Shown here one piece after another: positions 39,724 through 54,054 of a stretch of 64,000 nt of DNA. Source of the stretch: Candidatus Dormiibacterota bacterium (GTDB lineage Bacteria; Chloroflexota; Dormibacteria; Aeolococcales; Aeolococcaceae); contig OY970355.1 of NCBI GenBank assembly GCA_963718525.1, positions 1,856,001 through 1,920,000 of the forward strand. The letters are read 5' to 3'. Position numbers and translations under genes: made by a program. Numbering within the stretch: the first letter of the stretch is position 1; every line of letters begins with the position of its first letter. The notes under the pieces are model-generated. The model searched no databases. It saw only the letters and a list, made by a program, of their open reading frames with translations, and was not told where the DNA came from.

Positions 39724-40278
39724 ATGCAGGTCGTCCCCCGTCTCTCAGTCGAGCCGATGCGCTACGAGGACATCACCGCGGTGCAGGCGATCGAGCGCCA
39801 GGTCTTCGCGTCCCCGTGGCCGAAGAATGCGTACGCGAGCGAGCTGTCGCAGAACCGGCAGGCGTCGTACATCGTGCTCCGCCAGGAGGGCGCCATCGCC
39901 GGGTATGCGGGGCTGTGGCGGGTCGCGCTCGAAGCGCACGTCACCACCATCGGCGTGCGCGCGGGTGACCATTCGAAGGGCTACGGCACCGTCCTCTTCG
40001 CGGCGCTGGTGCAGCGGGCCTACGCGCTCGGGGCGCGCTGGATCACGCTCGAGGTGCGCGACACCAACGACCACGCCATCCGCCTGTACGAACGATTCGG
40101 CTTCAAGGCGATCGGCCGCCGGCGCGGCTACTACACCGACAACGGCGAGGACGCGGTGATCATGTGGAGCGACAGCATCCACGCACCGGAGTTCAAGCGC
40201 CGCTTCACGGCGATTCTCAGCGGCCTCGACGTGGCAGGGGTCGGTGGCGGTCCCACCATGGAGTACCCGTCCGCCTGA
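39724..40278 (+). CDS. rimI: Ribosomal protein S18 alanine acetyltransferase
   Basis: EAHVTTIGV, TLEVR..N..AI.LY..FGF, RRGYYTDNGEDA. Confidence 0.93.
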   Translation: MQVVPRLSVEPMRYEDITAVQAIERQVFASPWPKNAYASELSQNRQASYIVLRQEGAIAGYAGLWRVALEAHVTTIGVRAGDHSKGYGTVLFAALVQRAYALGARWITLEVRDTNDHAIRLYERFGFKAIGRRRGYYTDNGEDAVIMWSDSIHAPEFKRRFTAILSGLDVAGVGGGPTMEYPSA

Positions 40279-41291
40279 ACCTCCTCGCCATCGAAACCTC
40301 CTGCGACGAGACTGCCGCGGCGGTGCTGTCCGACGGCCGCGAGGTGCGCTCCTCAGTGGTGTCATCGCAGATCGCGCTGCACGCCGCGCATGGTGGTGTC
40401 GTCCCCGAGCTCGCCGCCCGCGCCCACCTCGAGGGGCTTGCCACGGTGGTCGAGGCCGCGCTCGCGCCGGTTGCGGGTGGCTGGGACGCCATCGACGCGA
40501 TGGCAGTCACCCGTGGTCCCGGTCTTGCCGGATGCCTGATCGTCGGCGCCATGTATGCCTCGGGCGCGGCGATGGCTCGTGGTCTCCCCATCGTGGGCGT
40601 GTCGCATCTCGCCGGTCACGTGTACAGCGCCTGGCTCGCCGATCCCGCGCTGGAGCCGCCGTACCTGGCGCTGCTGGTCAGCGGGGGACACACCGAGTGC
40701 GTCGTGCTCCGCGAACACGGTGTCGCCCAGCGGCTGGCAGCAACCCGAGACGATGCCGCAGGCGAGGCGTTTGACAAGGTCGCCCGCCTGCTCGGCCTGG
40801 AGTACCCGGGTGGCCCGGCGATCCAGCGGGTTGCAGCCTCCGGGGACCCGACCCGCTTTCCGCTCCCCCGCACCCGGCTCGACGGCGCCTTCTCGTTCAG
40901 CGGCCTCAAGACAGCGGTGCGATACATGGTCCGAGACCTCGGACCATCAGCGCTGACCGCCGCGGGTGTGCCCGCGGACGCGCAGGTCGTGGCCGACCTC
41001 GCGGCGAGCTTCCAGGTGGCGGCGGTCGATCAGCTGGTGGCCGGATTGGCGGCGTCGGTGGAGCGCACCGGCGCGACGACCGTGGCGGTGGTGGGGGGTG
41101 TCGCGGCCAACCGGGCACTGCGCGAGGCGGTCGGCGCGCGCTTCAGCGGGCTGCGCGTCGTGATTCCGCCGTTCGATCTGTGCACCGACAACGCGGCGAT
41201 GATCGCGGCCGCCGGGTGGCACCGGCTTCGGGTGCACGGTCCGGACGCTCCCGGCTTCGACGTGGATCCCTCGCTCGCGGAGTGCGCGTAG
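40275..41291 (+). CDS. tsaD: t6A transferase (probable CTG start)
   Basis: LAIETSCDET, GGVVPELAARAH, HLAGH, SGGHT, GEAFDK, CTDNAAMIA. Confidence 0.96.
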   Translation: MNLLAIETSCDETAAAVLSDGREVRSSVVSSQIALHAAHGGVVPELAARAHLEGLATVVEAALAPVAGGWDAIDAMAVTRGPGLAGCLIVGAMYASGAAMARGLPIVGVSHLAGHVYSAWLADPALEPPYLALLVSGGHTECVVLREHGVAQRLAATRDDAAGEAFDKVARLLGLEYPGGPAIQRVAASGDPTRFPLPRTRLDGAFSFSGLKTAVRYMVRDLGPSALTAAGVPADAQVVADLAASFQVAAVDQLVAGLAASVERTGATTVAVVGGVAANRALREAVGARFSGLRVVIPPFDLCTDNAAMIAAAGWHRLRVHGPDAPGFDVDPSLAECA

Positions 41292-41302
41292 ATTCCATTC
41301 GC

Positions 41303-41998
41303 ATGACCGACGGTGACCCGCCGCTCCAGCGATCTGAGACCACCGAGCGATATCTCGAGGCGATCTACTACATCGAGCACGAGGGCGAGGTCCCGCGCCC
41401 CGGCCGGCTCGCCGAGTGGCTGGGCGTGAGCGCGCCGACGGTGTCGGTATCGCTGCAGCGTCTCGCCCGCGACGGGCTCATCCGGATCGCGGGGGACCGG
41501 TCGGTCGAGCTCACCGACGGCGGCGCCGAGGCGGCGGCGACCATAGTGCGCCGCCATCGGATCGTCGAGCGGTGGCTCACCGACGTGCTCGGATTCGACT
41601 GGGCGACCGCGGACCTCGAGGCACAAACCCTCACCCACGGCATGTCGGCGACGGTGCTCGAGCGTATCGACGAGTCGCTCGGGAGACCCACCACATGCCC
41701 CCACGGCAACGTGATCCCGGGACGGACCCCGCCGCTTGGCAGGCGGTTGATACGGGTGACCGAGCTCGAGGATGGCGACCAGGCGCGGGTTGCGCGGATC
41801 TCGGAGGTGGCCGAACATGAGGCGCCGCAGCTGCTCCATCTCCTCGACGAGCGCGGCATCGTCCCCGGGATCGAGATCGGCCTCGTGTCGCGCTCGCCCG
41901 GCACATGGAACCTCACTGTCGCGGACACCCACGCCGCGGTCGACGCGGCGACCGCCCGGGCGATCTGGGTCGAGGCTCCGAACGGACGGGTCGGTTAG
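41303..41998 (+). CDS. DtxR/IdeR metal-dependent repressor
   Basis: YLEAIY, VSAPTVS, RRHRIVERWL, CPHGNVIPG, FeoA-like C-terminus. Confidence 0.93.
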   Translation: MTDGDPPLQRSETTERYLEAIYYIEHEGEVPRPGRLAEWLGVSAPTVSVSLQRLARDGLIRIAGDRSVELTDGGAEAAATIVRRHRIVERWLTDVLGFDWATADLEAQTLTHGMSATVLERIDESLGRPTTCPHGNVIPGRTPPLGRRLIRVTELEDGDQARVARISEVAEHEAPQLLHLLDERGIVPGIEIGLVSRSPGTWNLTVADTHAAVDAATARAIWVEAPNGRVG

Positions 41999-42013
41999 GT
42001 TAGGCTAAGCTAA
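41995..42013. promoter_or_regulatory. DtxR/IdeR iron box
   Basis: TTAGGTTAGGCTAAGCTAA, close to consensus TTAGGTTAGCCTAACCTAA, upstream of the iron permease. Confidence 0.9.
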
Positions 42014-42055
42014 CCGCGCTCGGGCGTCATTCACTCTGTCCAAAAGGGTCGATCC

Positions 42056-42901
42056 GTGGTCGGAAGCCTGCTGATCTTTGCCAGAGAGGGAATCGAAGGC
42101 ACGCTGATCTGCTCGATCCTGCTCACCTATCTGGCCTCAGCGGGGCGGCGCGACCTCTTTCGTTATGTGTTCGTGGGTGCGGGTGCGGCCGTCGTCCTGG
42201 CCACGGCCATCGGGATCGTGCTCTGGATCGTCAGCCGGGACGCGTTCATCGGCTCCGCATCCCAGCAGTGGTTCGAGACCGTCGTGTTTGCCGTCGCGGT
42301 CTGCGTCCTCACGTACATGACCTTCTGGATGCGACGGCACAGCCGCAACATGGGACGCGAGCTGCGCGCCCGTGTCTCCGGGGTGGTGAGCGGTGGCTCC
42401 GGGCTCGCCCTTGGCCTGGTCGCGTTCGTGACCGTTGGACGCGAGGCGGTCGAGACGGTGATCTTCCTGCTGGCGATCGCGTACCAGAGCTCGCCGTTGC
42501 AGGTGGTGATCGGCGCCGTGATCGGCTTGGGGATAGCGTTCGCCGCGAGCTTCGCGATGTATCGCGTTGGGCTGCGTCTCAACCTCAAGCGCTTCTTCGC
42601 CATCGTCGGCAGCCTGCTGATGGTGGTCGCCGCCGGCCTGCTCGCCGACGCCGTGCAGAACCTGCAGGAGCTCCGAGTGTTTCCCGGCGCCGCCGCGACC
42701 CTCTGGAACATGAGCGGCACCCTCCCCGACGATGCCGGGATCGGGGACGTGCTCCACGGGCTCGTCGGCTACAGCGCGGCGCCGACCGTGCTCCAGGCGA
42801 TCCTGTGGGTGGTCTTCCTCGCTGTGGGGCTCACCCTCTTCCTGCGGCCGGCGCGGCAGCGCATGTCCGGTCCGCCGTCGGCCCCCGCCGCCGCCGTGTG
42901 A
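42056..42901 (+). CDS. FTR1/EfeU family iron permease
   Basis: REGIE and REAVE (RExxE) motifs, YMTFWMRR. Confidence 0.92.
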   Translation: MVGSLLIFAREGIEGTLICSILLTYLASAGRRDLFRYVFVGAGAAVVLATAIGIVLWIVSRDAFIGSASQQWFETVVFAVAVCVLTYMTFWMRRHSRNMGRELRARVSGVVSGGSGLALGLVAFVTVGREAVETVIFLLAIAYQSSPLQVVIGAVIGLGIAFAASFAMYRVGLRLNLKRFFAIVGSLLMVVAAGLLADAVQNLQELRVFPGAAATLWNMSGTLPDDAGIGDVLHGLVGYSAAPTVLQAILWVVFLAVGLTLFLRPARQRMSGPPSAPAAAV

Positions 42902-42928
42902 CAACCCCCCTGATTTCGGGGCTCAGGC

Positions 42929-42986
42929 TTGCACGGCTGGCACTCGGTTAGGTAGAGTGTTAGCAGTCACCCACCAAGAGTGCTAA
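42929..42986 (+). promoter_or_regulatory. groESL promoter with two overlapping CIRCE (HrcA) operators
   Basis: CTGGCACTC-N9-GAGTGTTAG 42937-42963; TTAGCAGTC-N9-GAGTGCTAA 42960-42986; TTGCAC-18-TAGAGT. Confidence 0.9.
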
Positions 42987-43002
42987 GAACCCAGGAGGTC
43001 CC

Positions 43003-43314
43003 ATGTCCCTCAAGCTGCGCCCCCTCGCCGATCGCGTCGTCGTCAAACCGGTCGAGCGCGAAGAGATGACCAAGAGCGGCATCGTGCTGCCGGACACCAT
43101 CAAGGAGAAGCCCCAGGAGGGCATCATCGAGGCTGCAGGCAACGGCCGTTACAACGAGCAGACAGGCGTTCGCGTCCCGCTCGACGTGAAGGTTGGCGAT
43201 CGCGTGATGTACGCGAAGTACGCCGGCAGCGAGGTCAAGATCGACGATGTCGAGTACCTGATCCTCGGAGAGAAGGACATCCTGGCCGTCGTCGAGAAGA
43301 ACGGCACCAAGTAA
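43003..43314 (+). CDS. groES: Co-chaperonin GroES
   Basis: [27 protein letters not shown]. Confidence 0.98.
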   Translation: MSLKLRPLADRVVVKPVEREEMTKSGIVLPDTIKEKPQEGIIEAAGNGRYNEQTGVRVPLDVKVGDRVMYAKYAGSEVKIDDVEYLILGEKDILAVVEKNGTK

Positions 43315-43320
43315 GCAGCG

Positions 43321-44974
43321 ATGGCAGCCAAGCAGCTTCGCTTCGAGGCGCCCGCGCGCGCCGCGCTCGCACGCGGCGCGGCGATCGTCGCCGACGCCGT
43401 CGCGGTAACACTCGGACCACGCGGTCGCGCCGTGGTGCTGGACAAGAAGTTCGGCCCGCCTCTGATCAGCAATGACGGGGTGACGATCGCGCGTGAGCTC
43501 GAGCTCGAGGATCACTTCGAGAACATGGGCGCGCAGCTGCTCAAGGAAGTGGCGATCAAGACCAACGACATCGCGGGGGACGGCACCACAACGGCCACGG
43601 TGCTGGCCCGGTCGATGCTCGACGAGGGGTTGCGGAACCTCGCGGCGGGTGCTGCACCCAACGACCTGCGCCGCGGCATGATGGCCGCGTCCGACGCCGC
43701 CGTCGAGTTCGATCCGGGCGCGCTCGCACCCGGTCAAGGGCGGCGACGACATCCGTCGCGTGGCGACGATCAGCTCCGGAGACGACGTCATCGGCGCCAT
43801 GATCGCGGACGCCTTCGACAAGGTCGGCAAAGAGGGCGTGGTGTCGGTCGAGGACGGAACCGGGATCGAGACCGAGGTCGATGTCGTCGAGGGCATGCAG
43901 TTCGACCGGGGATACATTTCCGCGTACCTCGTCACCGACGCGCAGCGCATGGAGGCGGTCCTCACCGACGCTCGAGTTCTTGTCACAGATGCCAAGATCT
44001 CATCGGTCAGCGATCTCCTGCCCAGCCTCGAGCTGGTGATGCGTGCGGGCCGCCCGCTGCTCATCGTCGCCGAGGACGTCACGGCTGAAGCCCTGGCCAC
44101 GCTGGTCGTCAACCGCGCCCGGGGGACATTCACCGCGGTGGCGGTCAAGGCTCCCGCATTCGGGGAGCGCCGCGACGCCATCCTCCAGGACATCTCGGTG
44201 CTCACCGGAGCGACGGTCATCAGCGAGAAGACCGGCCTGCGCCTCGACGCCGTGCGTGACGACCAGCTCGGCTCCGCCGCGCGGGTCACCGTCACCAAGG
44301 ATGACACCACCATCGTCAGCGGCGGCGGGTCGAAGGCGGCGATCGAGGCACGCGCCGCCGAGATCCGCCAGCAGATGGAGGAGACGACCTCCGACTGGGA
44401 CCGCGAAAAGCTGCAGGAGCGGCTCGCGCGGCTGACGGGTGGCATCGCGGTGATCAAAGTCGGGGCGGCCACCGAGGTCGAGATGAAAGAGCGCAAGTCC
44501 CGCGTCGAGGATGCGCTCTCCGCAACGCGCGCCGCCATCGAGGAAGGCGTGGTCGTCGGAGGCGGCGTGGCATTGCTGCGCGCGATCCCGGCGGTCCAGG
44601 CGCTCAAGCTCGAGGGAACGGCACGTGTGGGCGCGGACATCGTTGCCCGGGCGCTTCGCGAGCCGCTCCGGATCATTGCCCAGAACGCCGGACTCGAGGG
44701 ACAGGTCGTCGTGAACGAGGTCCTGGAGGCCACGGGCGACCATGGCTTCGATGCAGCGACCGAGACCTACGGCAACCTCATCGAGCGTGGAGTCATCGAT
44801 CCCACCAAGGTCGTCGTCTCGGCGTTGGTCCATGCAACGTCGATCGCCACCATCGTGCTCAGCACCGACGCACTGATCGCGGATGCGCCGGAGCCAGAGC
44901 AGGCCCCCGCGGGCGGTGGCCACTCCCACGGCGGTGGTGGCATGGGCATGGACGACGACGACATGGACTTCTAG
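43321..44974 (+). pseudogene. groEL: GroEL with +1 frameshift near 43711 (possibly sequencing error)
   Basis: [14 protein letters not shown] in the first frame; [15 protein letters not shown] in the second; removing one base gives 551 codons. Confidence 0.93.
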
Positions 44975-45088
44975 CCTCGGGCAACCCAGCCTCGGCGCAT
45001 CCCCGGCGGCACGTCCGTGACCTCGACCGGTGTCGTACCGTTGCCATGGTCATGCACCGACCACCACTGACGCCGCCGACCCGCTGAC

Positions 45089-47761
45089 GTGTGCGGGATA
45101 GCGGGCTTCTGGGGGTCGCCCGACAGGGCGCTGCTCGAGGCGATGACCGAGTCGCTCCGGCACCGAGGTCCGGACGATGACGGGCATTTCGAGGATGCGG
45201 TCGCGTCGCTCGGGTTCCGCAGGCTCAGCATCATCGACCTCGCGCACGGCAACCAGCCGATGTCTATGGATGACGGCAAGCTGCAGATCGTCTACAACGG
45301 TGAGGTCTACAACTTTCGCGAGCTCCGGACCGAGTTGGAGGTTGCGGGACACGCCTTCAACACGACGTGCGACACCGAGGTGGTGCTCCACGCGTATGCG
45401 GAGTGGGGAACCGACTGCTTCCGCCGTTTCAACGGCATGTGGGGTCTCGCGATTCTCGACGAGCGTGCATCGGTGCCGAGGATGGTGCTCGCGCGCGACC
45501 ACTTCGGGATCAAGCCCCTCTTCTACGCGCGTCACCACGGCCGGGTCGTCTTCGCGTCGGAGATCAAGGCGATCCTCCAGGACGAGACCTTCCCTCGCGA
45601 GGTCGACGAGCAGCAGATGTACGAATACCTTCGTTTCGGTCTCTTCGACCACAACGACGGAACGTTCTTTCGCGGCATCCGCCAGGTCCCCGCAGCGGCA
45701 TTCGCGGTCATCGAAGGCGGCACGATCTCCGAGTCGGTGTACTGGACCCCGCGGCTGTCCGAGGACGGGGATGCGAGCCCGGAAGCGTTTCGGGCGATCT
45801 TCGAGCGTGCCGTGCAGCGGCGCCTGGTGGCCGATGTTCCCGTCGGCATCTGCCTGAGCGGCGGACTCAACTCGTCATCCATCTGCACGGTGATGGCCCA
45901 GCAACTCCGCGATCACGTTCGCGATACCGAGTCGCTCGGCGACCGCCTCAAGACGTTCTCCGCAGTGTTCCCCGGAGATCGCATCGACGAGAGCGCCTAC
46001 ATCGACAGCGTGCTCGAACTCACCGGCGCGGACAACAGCGCGGTGCAGCCGACCGACCAGGACTTCATCCGCGAGCTCGAAGCGTGGGTCTGGCACATGG
46101 AGGAGCCGATGGTCTCGTCCGCGCCGTTCGCGATGTGGATGGTGATGCGGCTCGCGCGACGCCAGGTCACGGTCACCCTCGACGGTCAGGCCGGGGACGA
46201 GCTGCTCGCCGGCTACGACCACTACCCGTACGTGCTGCTCCGCCAGCTGTTGCGCGACCGTCGCTACGCCGAGTTTGCTCGCGAAGCATGGCTGCTCCGC
46301 GACATCGTCGGGCCACTGGTGCGCAGGCGGCTGCGTGAGCGCGGCCAGCGCGTCGATGTGGCAGGGATGCTGTCGCCATCGTTCACGCGGGGGCGCAAGG
46401 CGCCGGCCGACGACCGGGTGGCCGACGATCTCAAGCGCCGCCTGCTTCAGGACTTCCGCACCTACAGCCTGCCGCCACTGCTCCGCTACGAGGATCGAGC
46501 CTCGATGGCGCATTCACTCGAAGCGCGTTTGCCCTACCTGGACCAGGAGCTCGTGGACTACATCCTCACCCTCCCGCGCAGGGCGATCATCCACAGCGGG
46601 TGGACGCGGGCGATCGTTCGCCAGGCGCTCCACGGGGTCCTGCCGGCGAAGGTCGAGGCGCGCCGCAAGAAGATCGGCTTCACCACACCCGAATTCCGCT
46701 GGTACCGCCGCCAGCGCGCGGTGCTGCAGAGCCTGATGCGCTCACCGTCGTTCCGTGCGCGTCCGTACTGGAAGGCCGCGGCGGTGGCCGAGAACTTCCG
46801 TCGCGCCTGCACCGGCGAGGTCGAGGAATCGATGTTCTTCTGGCGCGCCGTCAACGCCGAGGTGTGGTTGCGCGTCTACATCGACGGCAAGACGAAGGCA
46901 CTGGACAAGCACAGCTATGAGGGCGGGTTCGTCCGTCGCGGTGATCGCGCGGCCGCGCGCAGGCTGGCCGGCGGCGAGGCGCTGCTCGAAGGTGCGCGGC
47001 TCAACTGGGGCCGGCATCTTTTCCTCGAGGACAGGGGGCGCATCTGGGCCCGATTCCCGCTCCGCTCGAGCCTGATCAAGCCCGGCGACGATATCCTCGA
47101 AGCGATCGCCGCCAGCGTCGAGCGGCTGCGCGGCGACGGCGTCGCCATCGAGGACGGCGACGTGCTGCTGGTGAGTGAGAAGGCGCTGGCCATCAGTCAG
47201 GGCCGCTCCTACCCGATCGACGAGATCCCCGTCTCGCGAACGGCGCGCGTGCTCTCCCGGTATGTGAGCCACGAGCCCACCGGGATCGGCCTTTCGCATC
47301 CCACCACCATGCAACTGGCCATCGATGAAGCAGGAGCACCGCGGATTCTCATGGCCGCGATCGCCGCCGCCGCGACCAAGCCACTGGGGATGCGCGGCAT
47401 CTTCTACCGCGTCGCCGGACACGGGGTCAACGCGATCGACGGGCCTTCGTCGCTCAACTTGCCTCCCTACGACAAGTGGGCGACCAAGTCGCCGCTCGAT
47501 CCGTCGGGCGCTGCGCTCGAGATCGCCGCGGACCTGCGCCGCCGCACCGCGCGCCGTGTCGCCGTGGCGATCATCGACGCCAACGACATGGCCGCCGAGG
47601 TGTTCGCATCGGTCGGTGTCGACGCCGAGTCAGTTCTAGCCATGGTTGCCGACAACCCGCTGGGACAGTCGGATGAGCAGACGCCCTTCGGTCTGGTGCG
47701 CCGCGTCGCGCCGGCAGAGGTTGCAGCGCCTGCGCCGGAGCCCGTACCGGTCGGAGCGTGA
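45089..47761 (+). CDS. Fusion: AsnB-type glutamine amidotransferase + CofE-like (F420-0 gamma-glutamyl ligase-like) domain
   Basis: MCGIAG, RLSIID, NGEVYN, LSGGL, GDELLAGY; C-terminal GDVLLVSEKALAISQGR...IDAND...DNPLGQ.DEQTP. Confidence 0.88.
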   Translation: MCGIAGFWGSPDRALLEAMTESLRHRGPDDDGHFEDAVASLGFRRLSIIDLAHGNQPMSMDDGKLQIVYNGEVYNFRELRTELEVAGHAFNTTCDTEVVLHAYAEWGTDCFRRFNGMWGLAILDERASVPRMVLARDHFGIKPLFYARHHGRVVFASEIKAILQDETFPREVDEQQMYEYLRFGLFDHNDGTFFRGIRQVPAAAFAVIEGGTISESVYWTPRLSEDGDASPEAFRAIFERAVQRRLVADVPVGICLSGGLNSSSICTVMAQQLRDHVRDTESLGDRLKTFSAVFPGDRIDESAYIDSVLELTGADNSAVQPTDQDFIRELEAWVWHMEEPMVSSAPFAMWMVMRLARRQVTVTLDGQAGDELLAGYDHYPYVLLRQLLRDRRYAEFAREAWLLRDIVGPLVRRRLRERGQRVDVAGMLSPSFTRGRKAPADDRVADDLKRRLLQDFRTYSLPPLLRYEDRASMAHSLEARLPYLDQELVDYILTLPRRAIIHSGWTRAIVRQALHGVLPAKVEARRKKIGFTTPEFRWYRRQRAVLQSLMRSPSFRARPYWKAAAVAENFRRACTGEVEESMFFWRAVNAEVWLRVYIDGKTKALDKHSYEGGFVRRGDRAAARRLAGGEALLEGARLNWGRHLFLEDRGRIWARFPLRSSLIKPGDDILEAIAASVERLRGDGVAIEDGDVLLVSEKALAISQGRSYPIDEIPVSRTARVLSRYVSHEPTGIGLSHPTTMQLAIDEAGAPRILMAAIAAAATKPLGMRGIFYRVAGHGVNAIDGPSSLNLPPYDKWATKSPLDPSGAALEIAADLRRRTARRVAVAIIDANDMAAEVFASVGVDAESVLAMVADNPLGQSDEQTPFGLVRRVAPAEVAAPAPEPVPVGA

Positions 47762-48888
47762 GCCCGAACGGCGCGGGGGACCCGCTCCGCTGGGCGGAGA
47801 TCGACGTCGCCGCGCTGGCGGGAAATGCCGAGGTGATCGCGACGCTCGTGCGCCCGGCGCAGGTGATGGTCATGGTCAAGTCGAACGGCTACGGGCACGG
47901 TATCACCATCGCGGCACGCGCGGCGCTTGACGGCGGGGCATCGTGGCTCGGGGTCTACACCCCCGACGAGGCGCTCCTGCTCAGAGCGGCTGGGTTCGAC
48001 GCACCCGTGCTGGTCGTGGGCTGGAGCCCGCCCGCGACACTGGATGCGCTGATCGGCGCCGGCGTCGATGTCAGCGTTCTGGACGCCGACGGGCTGCGCG
48101 CGGTGGCCCACGCCGCTGCCGGTCACCGACCTCGCATCCATCTCAAGATCGACACGGGCCTGCATCGCCTCGGCACGCAGCCCGAGAGCGTGGACTCGCT
48201 GACCTCGGCGGTGCGTGACGCGGGCCATCGCGTGGAGGTGGCCGGGATCTTCACCCACTTCGCCGACGCGGGCGAGGACGCGGCGTTCACAGTCACCCAG
48301 CACGGGCGTTTCCTCGAGGCCGTGGCAGCACTTCGGGGGGTGGCGCCGGAGGCGCTGCTGCACACGTCGGGCAGCGCCGCGATCCTGGCGCATCCCGCGA
48401 TGCACCACGACCTGGTGCGTGTCGGTATCGCCTTCTACGGCTACCCGCCGGTCCCTGTTCCGGAATCGCTGAAGCTCGCGATGCACGTGTTCGGCCGCGT
48501 CGCCCAGGTGCGCACCGTCGAGCCCGGCGAGAGCGTCGGCTACGGGCGCACCTGGCGTGCCGCCTCCACGCGCCGGATCGCAACGGTGACGCTCGGCTAC
48601 GGGCAGGGCCTGCCACGGGCGCTCTCCAACCGCGGGCATATCGGCATCCGCGGCAGCCTGTGCCCGATCGTCGGGATCGTGAGCATGGATCAGGTCGGCG
48701 TTGATGTGTCCGACGTCGACGGCGCTGTGGCCGGCGACGCCGCCATGTTCATCGGCGAACGCGACGGAATTCGCATCGGCGCCGACCGAGTGGCCGACCT
48801 CGCGGGCACCCTGCCGCACGAGATTCTCTGCGGCATCTCGGAGGGCATCCCTCGCCATCCTGGGGTCACGCCGGCTGCGCTACCGTGA
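47758..48888 (+). CDS. alr: Alanine racemase
   Basis: VKSNGYGHG, HLKIDTGLHRLG, VGYG, VSMDQ. Confidence 0.95.
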   Translation: MSPNGAGDPLRWAEIDVAALAGNAEVIATLVRPAQVMVMVKSNGYGHGITIAARAALDGGASWLGVYTPDEALLLRAAGFDAPVLVVGWSPPATLDALIGAGVDVSVLDADGLRAVAHAAAGHRPRIHLKIDTGLHRLGTQPESVDSLTSAVRDAGHRVEVAGIFTHFADAGEDAAFTVTQHGRFLEAVAALRGVAPEALLHTSGSAAILAHPAMHHDLVRVGIAFYGYPPVPVPESLKLAMHVFGRVAQVRTVEPGESVGYGRTWRAASTRRIATVTLGYGQGLPRALSNRGHIGIRGSLCPIVGIVSMDQVGVDVSDVDGAVAGDAAMFIGERDGIRIGADRVADLAGTLPHEILCGISEGIPRHPGVTPAALP

Positions 48889-48892
48889 GGGC

Positions 48893-49764
48893 ATGAGCCG
48901 CCCGGTACGCATCGCTGTCGCCCAGTACGAGCCGCGTGTCGGCCAGCTCGAGCACAACCGGTCGCAGGCGGTGCTCTGGGCGACAGCGGCTGCGGACCGG
49001 GGAGCGAACCTGATCGTGCTTCCCGAGCTGGCGTCCAGTGGCTACGTGTTCGGCGATGACGCAGAGGCGCAGCGCGCGGCCGAGGACCCCGACGACGGGC
49101 CGACGGTCCGGGCACTGCGCGAGGTGAGTGCGACGCACGGGTGCTACATCGTTGCAGGCATCAGCGAGCGCGCCGGCGACTGCAGGCACAACAGCGCGGT
49201 GCTCATCGGCGCGTCGGGGCGCATGGCCACGTATCGCAAGCTGCACCTCTATTACGACGAGCAGACGTGGTTCGAACCCGGTGACGACCTGCCGATCGTC
49301 GACCTTCCCTTCGGGCGGGTCGGCATGATCATCTGCTTCGACCTCTGGTTCCCCGAACCCGCCCGGGCCCTCGCGCTCGCCGGTGCGGAGATCATCGCAG
49401 TGCCGACCAACTGGGTCGCGTCGTTCAAGCGCACCGTCTGGGACGAGCGAGGCTACTGCCAGGGTGATTACGTCGCGATGGCGACCGCTGCGCAAAACGG
49501 CGTGGTGATGGCCTGCGCGGACCGCGTGGGGGTTGAACGCGACGTCAACTTCATCGGCGCCTCGATCATCGTCGGGGCTGATGGCTGGCCGGTGTCCGGC
49601 CCCGCGAGCAAGGATGCGGAAGAGTTGCTCCTCGCCGACGTCGACCTCGATTCCGTCGAACAGGCGAGACGGCGCACGCCGCGCAACCATCTGCACGGCG
49701 ACCGGCGACCCGATGCCTATCACGCATCGATGGGGAGCACCGCGCCGGCGACCGAGGCCCGCGC

Positions 49765-49768
<4 letters not shown>
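48893..49768 (+). CDS. Carbon-nitrogen hydrolase (nitrilase family)
   Basis: LPEL, YRKLHL, ICFDLWFPE catalytic triad. Confidence 0.92.
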
Positions 49769-54028
<4,260 letters not shown>

Positions 54029-54054
54029 GCAGCGATACTGAATTCGTGACAACC

